DNA of 64,000 nucleotides from the human T2T-CHM13v2.0 reference genome, Homo sapiens. The translations under genes and the position numbers were made by a program. Positions 1 to 13,099 of the stretch are shown here, piece after piece. The notes under the pieces were generated by a model that ran no database searches, was not told where the DNA came from, and saw nothing but the letters and a program-made list of their open reading frames with translations. Each line of letters starts with the position of its first letter. Position 1 is the stretch's first letter. The stretch is from NCBI RefSeq assembly GCF_009914755.1, contig NC_060938.1; one strand, written 5' to 3'.

Positions 1-2323
1 AGATGGGGACAATGCTGTACTGCTATGTAGTTTTGTGCCATTCAGCAACTGATAGTATAAGAGATATCATGTTTGAGGGGTGGTGAGTCTGCATCTGATT
101 ATATAAGTGCCTTCAAAGAGTGAGCATTTTCCACTCTGCTCGTTGAAAGAATAAGCTCTAATCCTATTTCATTTTTTATTGTCAAATAACCAGATTTCCT
201 TGACTTTGCACACCTTATTTTGGTGCCTTTCTTTGGTAAAGAAATGACATTGCAAATAACTTTTTAGATCACAAATTGTTCTGTGCTTTATAATATTTCA
301 TCCCAAGAAAACCCATTACCCCTTCTTTTTAAAACAGATAATAAAAATAGAGCATGAAAAAGCTAAATGTCTCCCAAGACCACATACTTACGAAGAGTTG
401 CTAGAAAGAAGGGTCATCATTTACCCCTCTCCCCAAACAGTGTGTGGCCCTTTGCTGAGATGGTCTGGACAGTTGGATGGAGACCAGATTCCTTGCTTGG
501 TCAATCATCCTGGCAGTCACTGCCCTGTATAATTTCCCATCTGTTAGTCTGTAGTGATACCCTAGCAAATCAAAACTTGTAGATTTTTAAGCATTAGTTG
601 GGTTAATTCCTCAGTTGAGGGTTTGGAAAATAGAGCTCTAGGTTAAGTATGAGGCTATGGAGAGAAAAGAAAACTAATTTGATTAAAGGCCAAGAAAGAT
701 ATTTAACTAAAGAGTAAATTTTTAACTCATAACTTTTAATAACCAGTCCCATATTTTGCGTTGTTTTTCCTATTACATCTGGGATATTTTATATTTCCTA
801 TGAATCATATAAATAGATGTTTTCATATAAAGTCTCTTTTCCTGTTAAACCTTACAGAAGTAAAACCTAACTTCTTCAGAAAACACGTTTTCATCATCTT
901 TATTATTCAACATTTCAATTATTATTCGGTTATTATTTTACTCCAATGATTAACAATTATGTGTCTGAGCTCACTGACTGAAATTATATGTTTCCATTGC
1001 TCTTTTTACTAATGCAATACTAGGTTAGTGCTTATGTAAATATATTTTAATTTTCCAATTTGTTAATTCATTATCTCTAGCATTTAAGATAAAAAATTTC
1101 GAGGTACATTCTCCAGAGCAGAATTCTATTATATTTTAGCCAAGATCACCGTAAGTGCATTAGAAAAGGAATGCCTTCTCCAAGAACATATTCCTGTAAT
1201 TGCTGTCACTTCCACCACTCCATGCCCATCTCATCATTAAATCAAGTTTAGATTGTGCTTCTCGGCCGTCTCTGATACTATGCATCACTCCATAGAAAAA
1301 TGTTTATAAATGAAATTAAATCAAATATTCACACACACCCCAATCATTATGAGTGATTAATTTTCTTTTCTAGACTGCATTAAGGTCCTTCGTTGATATT
1401 CTTAGCAGAGACTGAGGCCTCTAATTCATTGCTCGCCCCTCTCTCCCTGCAATACCCCCTTTTTAATGGGCCAGGGTCGTGCTGGGATACTCATTAGTTT
1501 CCTGCTAGCTGTTCTGCCAAGCAGCTTCTGAGGCCTTAGCGTCACCTCAGAAATCATTAACGGAACTGGTGCTGCAATCTCCACCTGCCAGGCGTAGGGT
1601 AATCATTTAGAGACTGAAACTTGTTTCTCCATAAATGAGCATTTTGGGAAGGGAAAGCTCGTGTGTTACATTCATTTTCTCCAAACAAACGAGATTTTGG
1701 TACCTGAGGTGTGAAGGCAGATGTTTGCACGTATCCTGGTCATGCTTGGGGAACAGGAATGATTTGGTGTGGAGGCTGGTGTGATTTACTTTTGGCTAAA
1801 AAAGTAGAGACAAGGATATATGGAGAACCAAAAAATGTCTAATCACAGATGTGATTTTCCAGAGCTGCATTTACCTTGCACCATACAGGTTTTATGGTTA
1901 AAGATAGAACTACTGGCATTGTTTCTTATGGCATCATTCAAAATTATGTCTCAGGCCCTCAGGAGTTCAGGCTTCATGTAGACTTACTGACCCCCGTGTA
2001 GTTCTAAGAGAAACAAAACAAAACAAGGCTCAGCCCACATGGGGTTTTCACCTTACTGAATGCATAGACAATATAAATTTTACATGGAGAAAATGCGGAG
2101 TCTCTACTTTGAGAGGTTCCTATGGACAAGAGCCCTGCCTTTTGTTTTCCTGTAAACATCAGGATCGTTCTATCTGCCTAGTGTGTTTGGCCACTGTAGA
2201 GTCTGGTTTAGTTCTGTAGCCCATGACAGCAGGAAGGAGACGGATATGGTGGAGCAAGAGGGCTCTGTGTGTACCAGAGGCCAGACAGGATGGAAGCAGT
2301 AAAGAACAGTTTTTTAAAATACG

Positions 2324-2636
<313 letters not shown>

Positions 2637-2640
2637 TTAT

Positions 2641-2840
2641 GGACTATAAGAAGCCATAGATCAAAGTTTGGGGCTTGTTCACTAGCTGTGTGATCTTAGG
2701 CACATTTCCTTGATTCTTTTAAGTGTTGCTTTCCTTATTCATAAACTCAGATTAACAGCAGTGTCTCAGTCATAGAGAGATTTTGTAATAGCTAAATGCT
2801 ATAGTTCATGTACTTAGCACATACTCAGCACCCAGTGAAT
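2641..2840 (+). mobile_element. MIR SINE
   Basis: Core actagctgtgtgatcttaggcacatt...ttccttattcataaa...tacttagcacatactcagcac. Confidence 0.7.
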
Positions 2841-2846
2841 AGTAAC

Positions 2847-3741
2847 CAGAGCCAACTACATAATTGCTAGGTCGAGTGCAAAATGAATATTATGGAGCTG
2901 TGATGTTCAAAAAACAGAAAAATGTGGCTTAAAGTGCTAAAATACAAACTTTTGTTTTATCTTGTTTTTAAAATTCTGGGGTCCCTCTGTCATTATGCTA
3001 TGTTTTTTGTTATTTGCTATTTTAGTGCCATGAGCTTTTAGGCATGGGAAGAATCACCTGGAAAGTATAAAACTTCACAGGTGCCTTAGGGTCCTGCTCG
3101 ATGCCTCAGTAGAAGGTTACCCCTCCTGCCAGCTAACATTCTGACCTGGCACGAGAAACTCAAGTCTTCTCTTCTCACAAAACGTTTGTTCTAATCCAGG
3201 ACTGGTCAGTGAATCTTAATAGATGGCAATTTCTGCCTTGGGAAGTGGAGGATGGGTAAGAGGCTTGTCCCTGCTGAGTCACCCATCAAATGTAATGTGC
3301 CTCTGCCAGCCTAGGGCAGATATGACAACTCCCTACCCCTGGTCAAAAACAATGCATGGGGTGTGAACCATTCCCTGAACCCTCTTTGTGTCCCCACCCA
3401 GCTCCTTACCAAAGATAAAGGGCAGGCATTGCAGCTAAGCAGGAGAAGGGAGAGTATGGCTGGCTGGTTCCCAGGGTCACATGGGGTGGGTAGCTGACAG
3501 CCCAGAGAAGGTATTGGGGAGGCAGAGTCAGGAGTACAAAGAAACACACTTGACCAGAAACTTCAGTTCCCCAGCATATACCTTGTTGTCCCCGAGGACT
3601 TCACTTAAAAGCACTGACTCAAAGATGAAATTGTTAAGTATTGCAAGACACCAGCTGCAGAACACCAAACCCCAGTGTGGAATCCCTTTGCGAGCAGGCA
3701 GGACCTTGTGTCCTGGCTGTTCATCCATGATGCTGAATGCA
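2847..3741 (-). mobile_element. MER45B/C-like non-autonomous hAT-Tip100 DNA transposon
   Basis: Left end cagagccaactacataattgc...gtgcaaaatgaa...tgttcaaaaa and right end ttgttaagtattgcaagac...ccatgatgctg match the two ends of the reverse-complement MER45 consensus, about 900 bp apart. Confidence 0.7.
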
Positions 3742-3894
3742 GTTGCTACTACCGCTACCTCTATTATGGGCTTCTGATGCCAGTTTGGCCATAAGAAGCC
3801 AATGATTTTGGGTAAAGCACTTCCTTGTTCAGATTACTAGAGCTCCATCAATGAAATGAAGGTTTTTAATGGTGTTTAAGACCTCCTTATTTCT

Positions 3895-3992
3895 AAGAAG
3901 CTTTTCTTAAGGACAGGGACTATTCCATAATTATTTTTTTTAAACCTCATAGTGTCTTGTCCACAGAAGTATTCAGTAAATATATGCTGATT
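3895..3992 (+). mobile_element. L2 3' end fragment
   Basis: ggacagggactattcc...catagtgtcttgtccacagaagtattcagtaaatatatgctga resembles the L2 terminus. Confidence 0.55.
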
Positions 3993-4074
3993 TACATTCA
4001 ATTAAGAGTCCTATGTCTATAACAAGATTATCATTTCCTTGATGGAAAATCCATGTCTTAAGTCTCTTCAGGAA

Positions 4075-4310
4075 GGCAATTTGTATAGTAATAAGAAATC
4101 AGAGCATGGAATCCACCAAAATGAATTTGTATCCTATGACTATCACCTGCTAGCTGTGTTATTTGGAGACAAAACTCTCTGAGCTTCTTGGCTCCGTATC
4201 TGTATAAAATAAAATACATATTGTATAGCAACGTTCAGGGATTTTATAAGATAACCCATATTAGACACCAAGCATGTCATTAGGTGAATGATTTATTAAT
4301 GGCAGTTATC
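4075..4310 (+). mobile_element. MIR SINE
   Basis: tgctagctgtgttatttggagacaaaactctctgagctt...atctgtataaaat core. Confidence 0.6.
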
Positions 4311-5069
4311 TTGTTAAAACGTAGCTACAACATGGAAATTGTCTTCATCTGAATTAGCCAACCACAGAATCCTTAGCATTATTGTCTCAGCTATTTTATT
4401 TGTATGTCTGACTAGACACTGTGTTCCCAAGCAGATGTCTTGGATACAGACTGATTAAAGAGACTTTATTACTAATTTCTCTATGAAATCCTTGGAAACC
4501 ACTTGAGGTTAGTTCAGTGTCAAGTTCTAAAGCTGTTGTACATACTGTTTCTGTCAAATGGCGGGTAGGACAGAAACTTCACATGCAGATAGCATTAAAG
4601 CTGGCATAACAAATGATCAGCTGGCTGTATTGAATGATCCTTCATCTGGCCCCCTACTTTCTTCTCATGCTCCTTTACCAGAGATTCTTTAAGAAATTCT
4701 TTTACTTGCAGGCCCCAGAGAGTCACTATCCTAGAACTGCATGGAATTCTGTAGGCCTAACTGATAAAACCACGCTCTCCAACTTCTGTAGTCTTCTTCT
4801 TATTCCCAATCAGATGCTGACTTCTTAGTAAAACAGTTATCTCCATTGTGACAAGTATGAGAGCTGCAAATGAACTTGGCCTGTGTTAATGGATGAGGAA
4901 GCTCGATTCTGATTCCCAGCTCTGCAGTCAATGATATCTGCGATGTGATTTTTGAACTGTTGAGGTGCTAAGGTGTTTATGCCATCAGAATAATGTAAAA
5001 GAATGTCAGAAGAACTCCCCTCAGCCTTATCATGCCTGCTTTTTATTGTCTGGCTTTGCACACAAGATA

Positions 5070-5240
5070 ATTAGTTTGATAGCACAATTATGTATTTACT
5101 TCTTAGTAAATCAGCCCCATAAGACAGTAAGTCATACGGAGGCCAAACCCTACCTATTTAGCTCATTATTGTATTCTAATTTGTTAATTCAGTCCCTGGC
5201 ACAAGACAACTAGAAAGGAATAGATGGAAGGAGGGAGGAA
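5070..5240 (+). mobile_element. L2 3' end fragment
   Basis: agacagtaagtcatacggaggcc...gctcattattgtattc...agtccctggcaca resembles the L2 terminus. Confidence 0.45.
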
Positions 5241-6737
5241 GGAATGGGAGAGAGTTTTGTGAAGTTTTTTATTAGTCTTTAAGGAGACACAATTCTCATT
5301 GGTATGAAACAGTTGGACTTGGTTTAAACTTTGGATAGTTTTGAATACTTTCTCTTTTTGGTATAATACATGTGCTTTGATGCATATGAAAACATATTGT
5401 ACAAGATTAACAATATCATGGTTTCAGATACCCTTTATAGACTAATTATAACACAGCAATATGCATATATAAACTTCATCATTTGTACATAATCCAGGTG
5501 TTTGATATATAAAGCAGAGTTGAAGACTGCAAAGGACTTTCAGTTTACTGCAGAATACCTAGTTGTGGATTATTAACTTTATAATATTATAGCTCTCTTT
5601 CCTTTTCTTCTTCTCCAAATAAGTTGTTAGTTGGCAAGCAGGTACTGAGCTGAAAGAGGTACAAGGAACTAGACTGAGCACTAAGGGAAGATAGAAACTA
5701 ATACAAAGAAAGAAATCTGATTGCAAGCAGCTTCACAGACTATCAGTGAATAATGTTCAATGATATGATAAGCATCTTTTTACTAGAAAGTGAGAAATTC
5801 CAGCCTGCATTCTTATCTCTCAGTTATCAGTATGTTCCTTTCAGCCATCTATACATGATGGTGTGGCATGAATGTGTGACGTGTGTATGTATGTGTGTGT
5901 GCACGTGTCATATAAACTAAACCACTAAACTATAGGCTTTACAATTACTGGGTTTGGGTATGAGGAAGTCACAAGTGACAGAATAACAACAGTGAGAAAA
6001 ATGATGCATTGAATGCTGGAATAATTATTTTCTTAAGAGAATTACATATGCCACCAGCCTCTGTGGCAGAAGTCATTGGATGGCTTTTGCATTTAGCTGA
6101 GTCTGCTGCAGGCAGCCTGTGGCAGTGTGGTTATGCTGAGGTTATTCAGTGGGCAATGGTATCCGGGTTGCCAGAGATACAAATACAGGAAATTAGATCG
6201 AAACATTGAGACCACAAATTAAGTGCCTTATTTACAAATTTGTGAAGGCCGTGAAAAGAAGGAAAAGCCTTACCTGCTTGATGTTTTTCTCAAGGTGAAT
6301 TTCCTGTTTTATCGTTTTGTTTTGTTTTGTTTTGTTTTCTGGGAAGGAAAGAAACAGAACTCCATGAATTTACCTGTCTCTTCTCCCTCGAGTAAAACGG
6401 GATGGGGCAGGGGGTAGCTGGTATTCCATTTCTGTTAAGCAGTTTGCACCACGGCTAATAGAAAGACGTTCCAATTTCATAAGCATTAAAACAGGAAATT
6501 CTATGTAATTAAAATGCATAAAGTGCAGTTGAAATGCTTTTGGCAGTATTGAGTCTAGACAAGAATAGGAGACTTAAAAATAAGAGAATATTAATATCTA
6601 TATGGTAAGTTGTATATTTGAAAATTTAAAAGTATAAAAGGGAATTCTTGTACATTCTAAAAGAAAATGGAAAAGTAACCGCTGTCTTCAATTTGGGACT
6701 TAATAGGAAACATAGCATTTACCACAGACATTGTTAA

Positions 6738-7141
6738 CTCCTTTCCTTTCTCCCTTCCTCTCTGCCTGCCTGACTTCCTTCCTTCCTTCCTTTCCTTCCT
6801 TCCCTCCCTCCCTCTCTCCCCTCCTTCCTTGCTTCCTTCCTTCCTTCCTTCCTTCCTTCCTTCCTTCCTTCCTCTCTGCCTGCCTGACTTCCTTCCTTCC
6901 TTCTTTCCTTCCTTCCCTCCCTCCCTCTCTCCCCTCCTTCCTCCCTCCCTCCCTTCCTTCCTTGCTTCCTTCCTTCCTTCCTTCCTTCCTTCCTTCCTTC
7001 CCTCCTCCCTTCCCTCCTCCCTTCCTTCCTTCCTTCCTTCCCTCCTCCCTTCCCTCCTCCCTTCCTTCCTCCCTCCCTCCCTTCCCTCCTCCCTTCCTTC
7101 CTTCCCTCCCTCCTCTCTTCCTCCCTTTTTCCCTTCCTTCC
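6738..7141. repeat. (CCTT)/(CCCT)n compound pyrimidine microsatellite, about 400 bp
   Basis: Directly visible; source of the low-complexity ORFs 6700..7161, 6731..7168 and 6829..7173. Confidence 0.98.
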
Positions 7142-7154
7142 ACCAGGAAATCTA

Positions 7155-7270
7155 TCATCAAACTTTGAGTTAATATCTACTGTACGTCAGTCACTTGTTA
7201 TATCCTTAGGACACAAATATTAATAAATCAGTAATCCTTACACTTAAGAATCCTGGAGCCTAAAAGCAGC
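7155..7270 (-). mobile_element. L2 3' end fragment
   Basis: ttgagttaatatctactgtacgtcagtcact...ggacacaaatattaataaatcagtaatccttacacttaagaa resembles the reverse-complement L2 terminus. Confidence 0.55.
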
Positions 7271-7689
7271 CTTTTTCAAATGTAAATGCATATCTCACAT
7301 AAGTGAGGTACAAGCTAATTAAATATGTGTCAGATCACTGGTATTTTTTGTTTATTCTCCAGCATTCTTAGGCTTATGACTGAATTGTTCAAAAGTCCTT
7401 CATAGCATTTTGCTACTTGTTAATATAATTACCATTGAGTTTGGGGAAAGGGCTGAAAAAGCCCAATTTAATTAGCCTGAGCTGGAGATCAAGATATGCT
7501 TTAAACCTTCTACTAGATGCCTAGTATAGAGACTTGAGGCGATGTCCGCAGTCCTTGCTCATCTCCTCTGGTGAAGACTTCATTGCTAAGATAGGCACAG
7601 TGTATCACTGGAAAGCCCTACTAGAGAGACACCTCCTGCATCCACCAGCAGAGGCACTTGGATAGGTGTCTAGAGGCATTGTATCATCA

Positions 7690-7870
7690 CAGATTTGCCA
7701 CTTACTAGCTGTTTGTCTCCTACGGGCTTCAGGTTTCTCATGTGCCAAATTGTTACGGTGATCCTAATATATATTTTGCAAACTTATTTTGAGGATTATG
7801 TGGATAAACATTTGTAAAGCGTTAGAACAGTGCCTAGCACATGACAAGCAACTATAAAAGTGATTGTGTT
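7690..7870 (+). mobile_element. MIR SINE
   Basis: gccacttactagctgt...tgaggatta...tgtaaagcgttagaacagtgcctagcaca. Confidence 0.8.
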
Positions 7871-9271
7871 AAATAGTCCACCAGGTAAGATAATATTCTA
7901 CTGAGTATATGTCAAGAACACTTTATTCTTCTTGGTTGGACTATTTTTTCATTAATGGTGGAATAAGTTACTGGATTCAAAGAGTAAATACCAACTGAAT
8001 TGCCTTAGAAAAAAGCTTTTCTGATGAATCTAATGGTGTTATATTTGGGGATGTACTCCACAGGGGTGTAACATACTATCAATTAAAACTCACAATGGTA
8101 TCAGTATCCTAGCAGGACTGACTGTGTTTCATGAAAGGCATCCCAGTGTATCCCTTAAAGGGAACTGTGAGGCATAAATTAAGAGCATAAAATAGTTACA
8201 TAAAAGAATGCTTAGGAGTGATTTCATACACGCATTCTGGCCAGGTTTATCTGGTTTAAATTTACCTTGAAGAAAGACAACAGGGAGGAGGAGAAGGAGG
8301 AGGAGATCCACATATGTAATATTAACATTATTTTATTTAAAACTATATTTTGCCTCATTTATCTGGTTAGTTACCTGAAGTCTTTACTTTGTTGGATTAG
8401 TCTTTTACATCTAAAGGAGAAATATTTAAATAGCTGGACTTATAAATAGCTAAATAAGCACTAGTGAGTTCTTAAAATCTGAAGGTAATAAATAACAGAT
8501 ATACAGATATTGGAGGCATCATTTGACCTTTTATGAAATTGTAGTTTATATAGGAAGAAGGTAGGTTAATACTATAATTGTAGGATAGTTAATCCACAAA
8601 TAATTCTTCAAAGAATTCACTTGGAATGAATGAGCCTTCAGACTTGCAGGGAAGTAAATCTAATTACTTATTGAAATGATAGAAAAATAATGAATAAAGT
8701 CATAATTAAGAGCAAAGATAATGGAATCATAGAAAACAAGCAGCATGAGACTATAGCTAATAAATCATATTATACTCATCATATTATAAAATTAATAAGA
8801 CAATAAATACAAAAAGAATGTAGTTAATATTCCATATGATTTTTGCATTTTAGGGAGAGATTTGAGGTTGTTTAAGTGTATTTTAATTTTGACATATTTC
8901 TCAGAGCAAGTGATTAGTTTCTATTTTATTGCTGACAAATTTGTGTGACATGTACAGAAATGGAATGAAAGAACAAATATGGTATGGTGAGGAAAAAAGT
9001 TGCATTTCAAACCAATCCCATGTCAGCATGGAACTAGAACATGAATCATTTTCCTTCCTTCTTTGCTGTACCACTCACAAGACATGGAAATATGATTATA
9101 TCTAAGAGCTTTTTACATTTTATTGGGCTGTGTGGTCTATAAAGTTTCACCCACTCCTTATTCTCTATGTCTACTCTTCCATCATCAATCTCATTTCATA
9201 TCCACAGTGAATGTATGTCAGTTAACTCACCCTATGTGATGTGAGGTTCAAATCCACTAAGAACATTAACG

Positions 9272-9479
9272 TTTCCTTTTTCTCTTTTCTTTCTTTCTCT
9301 TTATCTTTCTCTCTTCTTTCTCTTTCTCTCCTTCCTTCCTTCTACTTTCTTTATTTTCCTTCCTTCCTTCCTTCCTTCCTTCCTTCCTTCCTTCCTCCCT
9401 CCCTCCAGTCCCTCTCTCCCTCCCTCCCTTCCTTCTTTCCTCTCTTTCTCTTTCTCCCTTTCTTCCTTTTTCTTTTTTT
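9272..9479. repeat. (TTCC)/(TC)n low-complexity tract grown from an Alu tail
   Basis: Pyrimidine tract directly abutting the 3' end of the minus-strand Alu. Confidence 0.9.
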
Positions 9480-9773
9480 GGGACAGAGCCTTGCTCTGTC
9501 AACCAGGCTGGAGTGCAGTGGTGTGATATGTGATCTCTGCTCACTGCAACCTCGCTCCACCTTCCAGGTTCAAGCAATTCTCATGCCTCAGACACTCAAG
9601 TAGCTGAGATTACAGGCATGTGCCTCCATGCCCAGCTAATCTTTGTTATTTTTAGTAGAGATGGGGTTTCGCCATCTTAGCCAGGCTGGTCTCAGGCTCC
9701 TGGCCTCAAGTGATTCACCCGTCTCAGCCTCCCAAAGTGCTGGGGTTACAGGCATGAGCCAACACACCTGGCT
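9480..9773 (-). mobile_element. AluS (Sz/Sx-like) SINE
   Basis: gacagagccttgctctgtc...caggctggagtgcagtgg...cccaaagtgctggggttacaggcatgagcc. Confidence 0.93.
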
Positions 9774-10363
9774 GCATTAAGATATTTTCAATTCAATTCA
9801 CCAATCACCTACAACTCCTTGTCTTCTTGATTCTTTCTTCTCAAAATATGTTTATTTCTGTTTCAAAATAAGTTATGGTATCACAATTGTTTGTCTTACA
9901 GGATTAATTTTTAAATCTATTTTATAACAGCTTTATTGTGATATATGTCATATACCATACAATTCGTTCTTTAACATGTATATGTCAGTGCTTTTTTATA
10001 CTCTGAGATTTGTGCAACCATCACCACTATCTAATTTTAAATTATTTTTATTACCTCTAATTTTATTTTTTAATTATTTTTAAATCTTGTACTCAATAGC
10101 AGTCATTTCCCATTACCCTCTACCATTAGTCCCTGGCAAATATTATTCTATTTTCTTTCTCTATGCATTTGCCTATTACGGATATTTCAGATGAATGAAA
10201 CCATACAGTTGTGGCCCTTTCTGAATAGCACCTTTCACTTAGCATAATGTTTTTAAGGCTCATTTATATAGTAGCATGCTTTCTCTATTTCTCTTTTTGC
10301 TGAATAATATTCCATTGAATGGATATACCATATTTAATTTACACATTCATTAGTTGGTGGACA

Positions 10364-10730
10364 TAGTATATATATAGTATATATGTAGTATATACTATAT
10401 ATACTATGTATACTGTATATATACTGTATATATATAGTATATATAGTATATATACAGTATATGCTATATATAATATATAGTATATATAGTGTATATATAT
10501 ATGCTATATATAGTGTATATATACTATATAGTGTATATAGTATATATTATATATACACATAAAACTTCATAGCAGCATTGTTTATATATACTTGCTAGAC
10601 ATATATATAATATACTTGCTAGACATATATATATATACTTGCTAGACATATATATATACTTGCTAGACATATATATATATACTTGCTAGACACATATATG
10701 TATATTATATATATATATACTTGCTAGACA
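10364..10730. repeat. TA-rich compound microsatellite/minisatellite
   Basis: Degenerate (TA)n, then six copies of tacttgctagac separated by variable (AT)n. Confidence 0.95.
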
Positions 10731-11117
10731 TATGTTTTCATCTTCTTGGGCATATGCCTAGAAATGTGATTTTTGGTTATGTTGGGTCATATTGTAAAAC
10801 TGTTTAATAGTTTCAGGAACCATAAAACTCTTTTCCGTAAAGCCTATGACATCTTACAATCTTACCAATAACAATATATGAGTGTGCCAAATACTTTCTA
10901 CATCCTTGGTACCACTCATTATCTAGCCATACTAGTGAGTGTGATGTGGCATCTTGTTATGGTCTTAATTTGCATTTCTCTAATGATAAATGTAATTGAG
11001 TATCTTCTCATATGCTTATGGACCATTTGAATATCTTCCTTGGGTAAATATCTACTTATTTGTGTATTTTTAAATCTAGTTGTCTTCTTATTATTGAGTC
11101 ACAAGTGTTATTTATGT

Positions 11118-11643
11118 CAGCAGTTCCCAACCTTTTCAGCACCAGGAACTGGTTTTGTGGAAGACAGTTTTCCACAGACTGGGGGGAGGGGGTGGTTTTG
11201 GGATGATTCACGCACATTACATTTATTGTGCACTTTATTTCTATTATTATTACATCTTCATATACAATGAAATAATTATACAACTTACCGTAATATAGAA
11301 TCAGTGGGATCCCTGAGCTTGTTTTCCTGCATTTAGACAGTCCCATCTGGGGGTGATGGGAGACAGTGACAGATCATCCGGCATTAGATTCTCATAAACA
11401 GCTCACAACCTAGATCCCTCACATGCACAGTTCACAATTAGGGTTCACACTCCTATGAGAATCTAATGTTGCTGCTGATCTGACAGGAGGCAGAGCTCAG
11501 GTGGTAATGGGAGTGATGGGAAATGGCTGTAAGTACAAATGAACCTTCATCTGCTTGCCCGCCATTCACTTCCTGCTGTACTGCCTGGTTCCCACCAGGC
11601 CATGGACCAGTTCCAGTCCATACCCAGGGTTTGGAGACCCCTG
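11118..11643 (+). mobile_element. MER1A hAT-Charlie DNA transposon
   Basis: 526 bp; TIR-like ends cagcagttcccaacc and ggtttggagacccctg; internal gcattagattctcataa...tcctatgagaatctaatg; degenerate 8-bp TSD atttatgt/ctttatat. Confidence 0.93.
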
Positions 11644-12060
11644 CTTTATATATTCTGGAACTATTTTTCTTAGAAGATACATGATTTTCAAATATTTTCT
11701 ACAGTTTCATAGGTTGTTACTTGAACCTCCTTACGTTGTCTTTTAAAGCACAGAATTTTAAAATTTTTATGTGCTTCAGTGTATCTAATTTTTGTTTATT
11801 TACACTTTTGTTGTCATAAGATTCATTGCCAAAACCAAGGTCACAAAATTTTTCTCCTATGCTTTTTCCAAGACTTTTATAGTTTTAGCTCTTATGTTTA
11901 CATATATGATCCATGTTTAGTTTTACTACATGGATTTAGGTAAGGATTCAAATTTATTCTTTTGCATGTGTATATCTAGTTGTTCCAGCACCATTTGTTG
12001 AAAATACTACTATTTTCCCCATTGAACTTTCTTGGCACTTTCGTTAAAAACAATTGGACA

Positions 12061-12376
<316 letters not shown>

Positions 12377-12939
12377 TCAGGGCTTATTTATAGGCTGCCA
12401 ATTCTAGTCATCTTTTTGCATATCCTTACATCAGTGCCACACTGTCTTAATTGCTATAACTTTGTAGTAAGTTTGAAATCAGGTATGTGAGTTGTCCACA
12501 TTTGTTCTTCATTTTTTAAGATAATTTTTACTATTCTGGTTCCTTTCATTTCCATTTGAATTTTAGGGTCAGTTTGTCAATTTCTGCAGAAAAAGACAAC
12601 TGAGATTTTGAGAGGAATTGCATAGTATCTGTTGATTAATTTGGAGATGCTTGTCATCTTAACAATATTAGATCTTCCAATCCATAAAGACAGGTAGCTT
12701 TTTAATTTTATAATTCTATAATTCCTTTTCACAATATTTTATCATTTTCAGTGTATGAGTTCTGCACTAATTCTGTTAAATGTATTTCTAAAGATGTTAA
12801 TATTTTATACTATTGTAAATGAAATTATTTTCTTAATTTCATTTTTATATTTTAACATTAATTTAATTTAAATACAGGTTTTAATCCTGAAAAATTTATG
12901 AAGTAATTATAAATCTATAACACAATATTCTGTAATTTA

Positions 12940-13062
12940 AATATAATAGTTAATGCTTATGTATTATTTATTATGTGCTTGGTGGTGTTCTAAGTAAGTT
13001 CCATATATTCATTAAGGTAATCTTTATAACCACACTGTGAGGTACCATTTTACAAATAAGCC
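12940..13062 (-). mobile_element. MIR fragment
   Basis: ttatgtgcttggtggtgttctaag...ataaccacactgtgaggtaccattttacaaataag. Confidence 0.65.
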
Positions 13063-13099
13063 ATAAAGAAGCTATCTTTTCTTATTAAAGCAATAACAA

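Noticed and set aside
6700-7173. Longest ORFs in the track (153, 145 and 114 aa)
   Set aside because: Translations of the CCTT/GGAA microsatellite, which lacks stop codons by composition; the same applies to 9241..9603.
7632-7650. CTCF-like motif ccaccagcagaggcact
   Set aside because: It lacks one G of the CCASYAGRKGGCRS core, so it is too weak without ChIP data.
10589-10730. CRISPR-like repeat-spacer appearance
   Set aside because: Repeats are 12 bp and L1-derived, the spacers are just (AT)n, the context is eukaryotic and there are no cas genes.
11135-11155. REST/RE1-like ttcagcaccaggaactg
   Set aside because: Only the left half-site matches; it is a mutated part of MER1A.
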